NCBI GenBank assembly: GCA_963665115.1
Contig: OY762007.1
Location: 6,176,001-6,240,000, forward strand
Direction: 5' to 3'
Length of the DNA stretch: 64,000 nt
DNA from: an uncultured Rivularia sp.
Lineage (GTDB): Bacteria; Cyanobacteriota; Cyanobacteriia; Cyanobacteriales; Nostocaceae
Shown here piece after piece: positions 55,893-64,000 of this stretch; position 1 is the stretch's first letter, and each line of letters opens with the position of its first letter. The notes under the pieces are model-generated. The model saw nothing but the letters and a program-made list of their open reading frames with translations, did not search any database and was not told the origin of the DNA. The position numbers and the translations under genes were made by a program.

Positions 55893-56306
55893 TTAAGCCG
55901 ATTGATGGAAGAAGCACATTATATCTTTAATTTGGAAATCGTCAAAGATATTACCAGGTGTGGAACCAGGAAAACCAACTGCTTCTATCTGAACTTCATT
56001 GTTACCGTTTTTAAGATCGGAACCATTAAATGCCACCATTTGGGTATACCAATATTTAGCATTTTCGTTCTTATCAGCAGTATTCAAACCACCGTAACGG
56101 GATATCTTACCAACAACTCTGTTATTCAATTTGACGTTGACATCAACGTTGGTGTAAGTCAAACCTCTAACGTTAAAGATAAAGAACCCTGGAGAACCTG
56201 CGCGGCGACCTCCTGTATTAAATGTTTTTTCCCATACGGGTCTACCGTCCCCAATAGTTACAGGTGCATCTCCTACAACTTGAGTAAAATCACATAGTAC
56301 CGGCAT
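55893..56306 (-). CDS. Hypothetical beta-rich protein
   Basis: ATG with AGGAG RBS and an upstream box promoter. Confidence 0.65.
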   Translation of the reverse strand: MPVLCDFTQVVGDAPVTIGDGRPVWEKTFNTGGRRAGSPGFFIFNVRGLTYTNVDVNVKLNNRVVGKISRYGGLNTADKNENAKYWYTQMVAFNGSDLKNGNNEVQIEAVGFPGSTPGNIFDDFQIKDIMCFFHQSA

Positions 56307-56438
56307 ATTTCAAACTCCTTGTTTATATTGATATAACTGTGTTTAGGCAAGAAAGTTTTATTTATCAGTTCTTTTGATTATAGAAACAACTATTTTCAAT
56401 AAAACAATGTCTGTTTACAGTTATTTTTCTATGCTTTT

Positions 56439-56471
56439 AGGTTAAAAAATCAATGTGAGAAAGTTGTGAGG
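56439..56471 (-). promoter_or_regulatory. CCTCA-box promoter 7
   Basis: CCTCAcaacttTCTCA-N11-TAACCT. Confidence 0.7.
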
Positions 56472-56832
56472 AAAATATTCTCTTGTTAAAAATAATGCTT
56501 TGAGTATGGTAATTTATAATTCATTTATATAGCGCTTTTCTGATTGATAATCTTAACAATTAGGAATAGACTTTTTTTTGTATTTAGATATGATTCAAAA
56601 TAATAATTATAAGCATCCTTGCGTCTTTCGAGAGGGTAGTAGGTATAGTCTAATACTTTAAGTGTTGAATTGCCCCTAAGTTCCTCTGATTTATAGAAGC
56701 ATTACCACTATCGGATTGGAGAAAGCGACTTTCTGCTTGCTAATACGTAGAAATTGACTTTTAAGCGATGGAAAGCGATCTCAGACAGCTTCAATAATTA
56801 GCCCGATGGAAACTTATCTAAGTGGTAATTGC

Positions 56833-57429
56833 GATGAAAGTACCTGCTCAAAATTACACCAATTCCTTACAAGAAAAACCTCAAGATCAGTCCCTTGCTG
56901 ATTTCACTTCTTTAGAAAAAATTATCGACTCTAACCCTTTGATTGTGACTCCTTCTATGCAACTTGCAGAAGTCATTCACCTCATGAGTCAGCATTAGGT
57001 TACTAGTTGTCAGATGTCAGAAACTGATAGAAACGATAATAATAGCTTACTAAGTTCATCTTCTGTAAGCTGCGTGTTGATGACGAAGCCGTAATTCGCG
57101 ACGTTACCAAGATATCCTTAGAAAAGTATGGTTATCGAGTATTAACTGCTGTTGATGGAATTGATGCAGTTGCTATATACGCCCAAAATATTAAAGAAAT
57201 TAAACTTGTTTTAACAGATGTAACCATGCCATTGATGGATGGTGCAAAAGCTATTAAAACCTTGAAAAAATTGAATCCCAAAATAGAAATTATTGCCATG
57301 AGTGGCTCTATATCCAATAATAGAGAAGTTGCAGAAAATATTCCTAGTGAAGTGTTTTTGCATAAACCCTACACCACAGAATAATTATTGAAAAGAATCC
57401 ATGATGTTTTGAATGCATCTGAAGAATAG
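56833..57429 (+). pseudogene. Remnant of a CBS-domain hybrid kinase (CBS start fused to the terminal REC domain; in-frame stops)
   Basis: LEKIIDSNPLIVTPSMQLAEVIHLMSQH*, SCVL, then VDDEAVIRDVTK..LTDVTMPLMDG..IAMSG..KPYTTE*. Confidence 0.7.
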
Positions 57430-57834
57430 GGGATGGGGCATTGGGCATTGGGCATGGAGGAATTTATAATCAAAAGAATATTTGAATTAAATTAATAAGA
57501 AAAATAAGTGCAAAGAATATATTGCTAGAATCGCGATTAATCCCCGCCAAGGCATTAAAAAAATAATATTCTTCACACTTATAGGAATGGAAGGAACTCG
57601 TAAAAGCAGTATACACAAGCTAAGTTCAGCCCAGATAGAAGCTTAAGAAACTAAGAGATTATTGCTCTTTTAATTACACTCTGTATGTGAACTTATAAAG
57701 ACTAGAATTGACATAAGAGCGTAAAGCATATTTCCGCAAACTAATATCGCTAAGAATAGCAAGATTATCTTATTATTAATAGAGATAGCAGCGTTTCAAG
57801 AACAACGTAAAAACTTCTTAATTGCTATAAATCG

Positions 57835-57867
57835 AAACTACTTCATAAATATGAGGAAGTTGTGAGG
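57835..57867 (-). promoter_or_regulatory. CCTCA-box 8, oriented away from atpG
   Basis: CCTCAcaacttCCTCA-N11-TAGTTT on the minus strand. Confidence 0.65.
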
Positions 57868-57943
57868 GAAACCAGAAATTTGAAAAAAATCGAATCAAAT
57901 TTCAAATTAATTATTTCTACGAAACAATTAACAAAAATCAATT

Positions 57944-58849
57944 ATGAAAAGTTTAGAAGCATTAACAGCAGAAATTGAGAGTATCAATGACTTGCAATCT
58001 GTTGTCAAAACAATGAAAGCATTGGCAATGGTAAGTATTCGTCAATATGAAACAGCAGTAACAGCTCTGAGTGATTATAACCGTACTGTTGAGATGGGGT
58101 TACAGATTTTGCTTCGCCATCGGTACTTTAGCGAACAACCCCTAATGCTACCGCAAGATTTTACCAATCATAAAAAAACTGGCACTTTGGGTGTAATTAT
58201 ATTTGGTTCAGACCACGGTTTATGCGGTCAGTTTAACGAGCAGATTGCAACAATCGCTCTCGAACAAATTAACCAGCAACCACACAAACCAGAAAATGTG
58301 ATTGTTGCAGCAGTTGGCGATCGCCTAATTCCCTACTTAGAAGCAGCAAAACAACCAGTGTCGGCTCAATTCCCTCTACCCAACTCCGTAACCCTTATAA
58401 CACAAGCAGTACAGTCGATACTACTAACCATTGAAAATTGGCAATCTTCACAAGTTGACCAAATAATTCTTTTTTACAATAAATCTTTATCTAGCGCATC
58501 ATACCGTCCGCAAAGCGTGCAGCTTCTACCCATGAATGCTGAATGGTTGCAGCGCTTAGAAAAACAAGCATGGCATGGAGAAGGGCTACCAAACTTTACA
58601 ATGAATTGGGATGATTTATTTTCAGCCTTAGTTCGTCAATATCTTTTTGTATCGCTGTACCAAGCATTTGCAGAATCCCTCAAAAGTGAAAATAACAGTC
58701 GTCTTTCCTCAATGCAAGCCGCACAAAAAAATATAGAAGAACGTTTAACCGAATTAAACTCACAACATCGTCATCAACGACAAAGTTCCATCACTTCGGA
58801 ACTTCTTGATATTGTCTCCGGTTTTGAAGCATTGAATTCGAGGGAATAG
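57944..58849 (+). CDS. atpG: N-ATPase gamma subunit
   Basis: VVKTMKALA, GSDHGLCGQFN, SENNSRLSSMQ, RQSSITSELLDI. Confidence 0.93.
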   Translation: MKSLEALTAEIESINDLQSVVKTMKALAMVSIRQYETAVTALSDYNRTVEMGLQILLRHRYFSEQPLMLPQDFTNHKKTGTLGVIIFGSDHGLCGQFNEQIATIALEQINQQPHKPENVIVAAVGDRLIPYLEAAKQPVSAQFPLPNSVTLITQAVQSILLTIENWQSSQVDQIILFYNKSLSSASYRPQSVQLLPMNAEWLQRLEKQAWHGEGLPNFTMNWDDLFSALVRQYLFVSLYQAFAESLKSENNSRLSSMQAAQKNIEERLTELNSQHRHQRQSSITSELLDIVSGFEALNSRE

Positions 58850-58965
58850 AGAGGGTAGAGGGGGGAGAGGGGGGAGAGTGGGTAGAAAAATTAATAACTC
58901 CTAACTCATAACTTCTCACTCCTAACTATTTACCATACCCTATGCCCAATGCCCAATTCCCACTT

Positions 58966-58998
58966 CTTCACAACTTCCTCAAATTAATTGTTTAGCTT
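58966..58998 (+). promoter_or_regulatory. CCTCA-box promoter 9
   Basis: CTTCAcaacttCCTCA-N11-TAGCTT. Confidence 0.7.
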
Positions 58999-59041
58999 AG
59001 AAATAGAAAGACAATAATTGCTTTGGAGTTAGGGGGTTTTT

Positions 59042-59626
59042 ATGAAAACAACACGATGCCCTAAAGTGCTAATTTATGTATTCGCTTTTGCGTTATCCTT
59101 ACAACTTTTAACAGGTTGCAGTTCTTTCATTCGACCTTCAGAAAAGTTGTTTTTATCTTCTAATTCTATCGATGTAACCCCAAAAATATCAAAAGTACAT
59201 CAGAAATTTTCCGAAAATATAGCTCCGAATGAATGTCCGCAAAGGTTCTATGAAAATTACAATGATATAATCTACAACCTTGAAACTGTAGAAACAATTA
59301 AAGGGCAAGTTTTGAGTGTAAATTCTGTTGGTAATGGTATGAGTCTACAGGTAAAAACAGATGAAGAAACTATTCCCGTTCACTTAGCACCATCTTGGTA
59401 TATCGAAAATCAAGATATCGAAATCAATCCAAACGAAACCGTAGAAATAACAGGTTCGAGAATCAAATTTAATGAAGAAACTGCCATTCTTGCCGCTCAA
59501 ATAACCAAAGGAGATACAATATTTAAATTACGTGACGAAAATGGTTTTTCTCTATGGGGTGACAAAAGACAAGAAGAATCGGATTGGTTTTTAGATATGT
59601 TTCCTTATTTGTGTGATGGTGAATAA
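59042..59626 (+). CDS. Predicted lipoprotein with OB-fold-like domain
   Basis: Lipobox LTGC; TVETIKG..VHLAPSWY..VEITGS..LRDENG. Confidence 0.7.
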   Translation: MKTTRCPKVLIYVFAFALSLQLLTGCSSFIRPSEKLFLSSNSIDVTPKISKVHQKFSENIAPNECPQRFYENYNDIIYNLETVETIKGQVLSVNSVGNGMSLQVKTDEETIPVHLAPSWYIENQDIEINPNETVEITGSRIKFNEETAILAAQITKGDTIFKLRDENGFSLWGDKRQEESDWFLDMFPYLCDGE

Positions 59627-59715
59627 AGGGAATATCATTTCATCAGTTTCCTAATCTTAATTATCCGATTTATTAGGCTTTATAAAATACTTTTTGGCGG
59701 AGGAGGGCTTTGGAA

Positions 59716-60306
59716 ATGACAGTTACGATTTGCCCTAAATCATTGATTTTTGTGAATGCTTTATTTGCTTTAACTGCAATTAGTTTAATTAGTTATCAAA
59801 CACCCATAAACTTTCTAAATAAACAAGCATTCTTTCTAGACAATAATTTCTTGAATAAAACACCAGTTCAAGAGCAATTACACAACCAGCCAACTTCAGA
59901 CAAAATGACTCAATGTAGAGATTCTGGACAAGGCGGTGGTGGATGGGGATATGGAAATCGCTACGGTGGAATGTACAATACCAAAACCGTGGAAACTATC
60001 AAGGGAAAAGTAGTAAGTGTAGATGCATTTATCCCAAGACGAGGAATGTCTCACGGTGTACATTTACAGGTAGAAACACAAAAAGGTACGATTCCCATTC
60101 ACTTAGGACCAGCTTGGTATATTGAAAACCAAGAAATTACCATTAAACCAGAAGACAAAGTGGAAATTAAAGGTTCCAAAATCAACTTTGCTGGAGAACC
60201 CGTTATTATCGCAGCTGAAGTTAAAAAAGGAAATATGACTTTAGTGTTGCGTTCGGAAGATGGTTTTCCCGTATGGAGTGGTTGGAGAAGAAATCGATTT
60301 AATTAA
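59716..60306 (+). CDS. Paralog of the upstream OB-fold-like protein
   Basis: TVETIKG..IHLGPAWY..VEIKGS..LRSEDG. Confidence 0.7.
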   Translation: MTVTICPKSLIFVNALFALTAISLISYQTPINFLNKQAFFLDNNFLNKTPVQEQLHNQPTSDKMTQCRDSGQGGGGWGYGNRYGGMYNTKTVETIKGKVVSVDAFIPRRGMSHGVHLQVETQKGTIPIHLGPAWYIENQEITIKPEDKVEIKGSKINFAGEPVIIAAEVKKGNMTLVLRSEDGFPVWSGWRRNRFN

Positions 60307-60357
60307 ATCTAACAAATGATGCTTTGTTTTCTAAAAATTCATTCAATTGGAGTAATC

Positions 60358-60942
60358 ATGGCTGCATCTGGATTCTTTCGTAAACTTCACCGTAAAACTG
60401 CTTTAATTATCTTCCTACCCTTATTAATTAGTGCTTTGACAGGAATCATTTACCGACTGGGAAAAAGTTGGTTTGGAATGTCAAATCAGGTAGGAAGTAT
60501 TTTTATGATGATTCATCAAGGAGAATATCTGGGAACTCCACTAGTACCAATTTATGTGCTTTTAGTTGGTTTGGGATTAGTGGGGATGATTGTTACTGGT
60601 TTGAGCATGAGTGGAATATTCAGTCAAAATCGTGCTTCTCAACCAAGAAAACTCAATGCTCGTAAAATTCACCGTATACTTGCACCTATTGTATTTTTAC
60701 CTTTAACAGTAAGTGCGGTAACGGGTGTAATTTACCGATTAGGAAAAAGCTGGTTTGGAATGTCCCCAGAAAATGCAGCAATTTTTATGAGAATTCATCA
60801 AGGAAGTTATCTGGGGAATTTCTTCAAGCCAATTTATGTTTTGTTGGTTGGTTTGGGATTAATTCTGATGTTGATTACAGGAATAAACCAAACAGGAATT
60901 TTTCGTCAGCGTCGTCACTCGCCACAAGACTCACGAAATTAA
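60358..60942 (+). CDS. PepSY-associated TM protein with internal duplication
   Basis: Two copies of RK.HR..LPL..SA.TG.IYRLGKSWFGM..IHQG.YLG..IYVLLVGLGL. Confidence 0.75.
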   Translation: MAASGFFRKLHRKTALIIFLPLLISALTGIIYRLGKSWFGMSNQVGSIFMMIHQGEYLGTPLVPIYVLLVGLGLVGMIVTGLSMSGIFSQNRASQPRKLNARKIHRILAPIVFLPLTVSAVTGVIYRLGKSWFGMSPENAAIFMRIHQGSYLGNFFKPIYVLLVGLGLILMLITGINQTGIFRQRRHSPQDSRN

Positions 60943-61024
60943 ATATCACCAATAGTCATGCATTTTCATTCAATAAACGTCTCCTGTGCTTAATTTTTGC
61001 TTGCGGTTGCATAAGTCCTAATCT

Positions 61025-61627
61025 TCAAGATACTTCTGTCTTCGCTAATTGCCGCAATAATTTTTCTACTTCTTTCGGATTACGGATATTCATAAATCCT
61101 ATATCTTCTCTCCAATAATCACCATCATTGCCTCTACGTAAGCCAGTTGTAATAATAATATGACCAGTACCATTTCTTTTTTCCTTGCGATACAAATCCT
61201 TCAGTTGTAGTGGTGCATAGTTCCTGATGCTTACAAGTAGCCCGCTTTCAATTAAAATTGCTCTTTTATCAGTAATCAAGTATACCGTTCTAAATGCCTT
61301 GAACCATTCTCGTAATGGACCAAAAAGCATCCAAACTCCAATTAAAACGAAAGGTATTGCAAAAAGAAAAAATATATTCTCAAACTCAAATTTGATTCCT
61401 TCACTAAAGTCTGGAATTTTAAAATCTGCTGCATCATATATGAAATATATCGCAATGGCAGTAAATGGAATACCCATACAGAAATAGAGTAATGATTCAA
61501 GAGTGAAAAAGCCATGAAGAGGCTGCCCAACCCATACTACTGATTCTCCAATTTCAAGCTCTTTATCAATTGCTTTGCGGAGCTTTGCTGAGATTTTTGG
61601 CTTATTTAACATAGTTAATATCTCCAT
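61025..61627 (-). CDS. Membrane protein with bacterial PH-like domain
   Basis: GESVVWVGQP, two TM helices, TVYLITDKRA. Confidence 0.65.
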   Translation of the reverse strand: MEILTMLNKPKISAKLRKAIDKELEIGESVVWVGQPLHGFFTLESLLYFCMGIPFTAIAIYFIYDAADFKIPDFSEGIKFEFENIFFLFAIPFVLIGVWMLFGPLREWFKAFRTVYLITDKRAILIESGLLVSIRNYAPLQLKDLYRKEKRNGTGHIIITTGLRRGNDGDYWREDIGFMNIRNPKEVEKLLRQLAKTEVS

Positions 61628-61689
61628 CTAACAAAAAGTAATTATCCGTGATTACGAATCAGCCGCTCATAGAAAATTGATAACCGTGC

Positions 61690-62577
61690 TTAATTATCAG
61701 ATAGTTTTGCTGTTATATTTTTAAGACTGTCTGTCATTTCTATGGGGAAAAGAATAACCGTATTTGAAGGGCTAGCACCAAGAGCATCAATTGTTTGCAG
61801 TCTCCTCAATTCCAAAGCTATTGGATGGCTTTTCATCACCATAGCAGCTTGCATTAAGTTCTCTGCTGCTAATTTGTCACCTTCGGCTTTAGTAATTGTT
61901 GCTCTCTTTTCTCGTTCCGCAGAAGCCTGTCGCGACATCATTCTTTTTAAATCTTCAGGTAATTCGATATCCTGCAAGCGAACCGAATCAAGATGTAAAC
62001 CCCATTCCTGGACTTTCTCCTCAACCGCTTCCAGAATTTGTGCTTGAATTCGCTCGCGCTCCGACAACAATTCATCTAATGTTAATCCACCGATAACATC
62101 TCTGAGTGCAGCTTGAGCATACTGAGAGATAGCAAACTGAAAATCTCGAATCGAAGTAACAGCCTTTTCTGAATCGCTGACTAGAAAAAATAAAGCACTA
62201 TCAATTTCTGCCGGAACATTGTCTCGGGTAATGACTTTTTGGTGAGGAATATTGATAACTAAAGTCCGCGTATCTATAAAACGCACTGTTTCAATTCCTG
62301 GAATCACGTAAAAAATTCCTGGTCCCTTAACACCAACAAATTTACCCAAACGAAGAGCAACTCCCCTTTCCCATTCTGCGGCAACACGTACACCGCTAAC
62401 AACAACAACCCAAGATCCACCAGCTACCGCAGCCGCAGCCTTTTTCTGAGGAGAACCGAGCATGGCGATCGCGGTTAATCCTAAAATGGGGATTAGAGTT
62501 AAAACACCTCGCAATCCCTTACCTAAAGAAATATGTCCTTCTGTAGGAGTTGCGTACAGTTTTGAAGAGTCCTGCAT
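61690..62577 (-). CDS. SPFH/band 7 (stomatin-like) protein
   Basis: ERGVALRLG..GPG, ITRDNV, LRDVIG..LDELLSER, QASAEREKRA. Confidence 0.92.
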   Translation of the reverse strand: MQDSSKLYATPTEGHISLGKGLRGVLTLIPILGLTAIAMLGSPQKKAAAAVAGGSWVVVVSGVRVAAEWERGVALRLGKFVGVKGPGIFYVIPGIETVRFIDTRTLVINIPHQKVITRDNVPAEIDSALFFLVSDSEKAVTSIRDFQFAISQYAQAALRDVIGGLTLDELLSERERIQAQILEAVEEKVQEWGLHLDSVRLQDIELPEDLKRMMSRQASAEREKRATITKAEGDKLAAENLMQAAMVMKSHPIALELRRLQTIDALGASPSNTVILFPIEMTDSLKNITAKLSDN

Positions 62578-63014
62578 ATATAACCTCCACTATATTATTT
62601 GAAGAGTCAATAGATATATATCGTAATATCGTATTTGCTCTATAATCGCTTTATCTTACTAATTAATTCTCTCATATTGATAAGACTTTAAGTGCTTTAT
62701 GCAACTATTATTTATAAAATAAATAGACGTTTCTGAATTAAGTAATGAATTATATTTGTTTACATTTTGTCGGAAATGCGAAATCTGTGTAGAGACGTAG
62801 CAATGCTACGTCTTATGTAATGTGAAATTCCCAATTCATCCGCACGATTAAGCAACGCCAATAAATAGATGAATAAATCTAACTTGTCATCTATAAAAAG
62901 ATATAAATTATTAAAATGAAACATCAAATCATTTGATATTTAAAATCGCATTCAAGTCAGCATAGCTGAATGTTGAATACTGAATATTAATTATCTTTAC
63001 TAAGACGGCATTTT

Positions 63015-63047
63015 CCTCATAAGTTCCTCAAATTGTTTTCTTAAGTT
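63015..63047 (+). promoter_or_regulatory. CCTCA-box promoter 10
   Basis: CCTCAtaagttCCTCA-N11-TAAGTT. Confidence 0.72.
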
Positions 63048-63296
63048 GAAATTAGATTGAGTAGTAAGTGGGTCTGCAAAATTAATTGTGTCATTACGAG
63101 CGACAGCGTTAGCGAAGCGTGTCCGATAGGACATAGTAATCTCAAAGTGTCGCGATGATCCACACCTTCGGTGAATGCTTCATTTCACTTCGTTCCACTC
63201 GCAATGACAAATACACAATTAATTTTGCCTAAGTACTTAGCAGATCTACTTAAATTAGAGGAACACAAAATTATAATTACCCAGGAGAACTGCATC

Positions 63297-63989
63297 ATGC
63301 TATTTCGCCAACTATTTGATAGCCAAACCTCAACTTATAGCTACTTAATAGCCGATGAATCAACCAAAGAAGCCGTATTAGTTGACCCAGTAATAGAACA
63401 AGTTGACCGCGACTACAGACTAATCAAGGAACTGGGTTTAGCTCTGTATTACTGCATAGAAACCCACACCCATGCAGACCATATTACTGCTACTTATGAA
63501 CTACGTAAACTTACAGGTTGTCTGAGTGTAGTTCCAGAAAAATCAAAAGCCGCTTGTGCAGATGTCAGAATTGAAGAAGGGGATAACTTGGGAATTGGTG
63601 CAGTAAACATTGAAGCCATTGCAACTCCCGGTCATACAAGCTGCCATATGGCATATCTAGTCAATCAAGATAGAGTATTAACCGGAGATGCGCTGTTTAT
63701 TCGGGGTTGCGGTCGTACCGATTTTCAAAATGGAGATCCAGGTACTTTATACGACTCAGTAACCCAGAAATTATTTACTTTACCTCCACAAACGTTAGTT
63801 TATCCAGCCCATGACTACAGAGGACATACCGTTTCTACCATAGGTGAAGAAAAACAATTTAATCCTCGGTTTGCAGAACGTAACCGTGAAGAATTTATCG
63901 AATTAATGAACAATTTAGACCTTCCAAATCCGAAAAAGATTATGGAAGCAGTTCCAGCTAATGAGATGTGCGGTAGGGTTGCAGCGTGA
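63297..63989 (+). CDS. MBL-fold persulfide dioxygenase (ETHE1-like)
   Basis: LFRQLFD, ETHTHADHIT, TPGHT, TGDALFIRGCGRTDFQ, PAHDY; AGGAG RBS. Confidence 0.9.
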   Translation: MLFRQLFDSQTSTYSYLIADESTKEAVLVDPVIEQVDRDYRLIKELGLALYYCIETHTHADHITATYELRKLTGCLSVVPEKSKAACADVRIEEGDNLGIGAVNIEAIATPGHTSCHMAYLVNQDRVLTGDALFIRGCGRTDFQNGDPGTLYDSVTQKLFTLPPQTLVYPAHDYRGHTVSTIGEEKQFNPRFAERNREEFIELMNNLDLPNPKKIMEAVPANEMCGRVAA

Positions 63990-64000
63990 AGGGATTGGCA

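Noticed and set aside
55902..56297. Plus-strand 131-aa ORF
   Set aside because: Overlaps the minus-strand ORF that has an RBS and a box promoter.

Overview
AT-rich filamentous cyanobacterial DNA (frequent HIP1 GCGATCGC sites and heptamer STRR-type intergenic repeats; Nostocales-like) made of four blocks. (1) 1-2.1 kb: 5' end of a large Ig-repeat surface protein. (2) 3.0-20.7 kb: a type 6 BREX locus (brxE-brxA-brxB-brxC-pglX-pglZ-brxD-brxHI) with a nested Septu/PtuAB-like pair. It is broken by an IS630 insertion in brxC, a 13.3 kb inversion between two inverted IS630 copies, and an internal deletion of pglX. (3) 21-30.8 kb: decayed plasmid/phage-like genes (C5 MTase, HNH, ATPase fragment) with a dead IS1634. 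(4) 30.8-64 kb: a stress/energy island encoding Hsp20, two USPs, PEP synthase, an Acg-type nitroreductase, an Rv2004c-like kinase, a full set of Na+-type N-ATPase genes and an ETHE1-like enzyme. The main finding is in block 4: ten promoter-like sites share the architecture CCTCA-N6-CCTCA-N11-TAnnnT, and the island encodes a fused RcaC-like wHTH regulator/histidine kinase with a FixL-like PAS domain plus an RcaF-like receiver. This suggests a self-contained, possibly O2/redox-responsive regulon resembling the mycobacterial DosR regulon (inference). Several +1 frameshifts in short homopolymers are probably sequencing errors.
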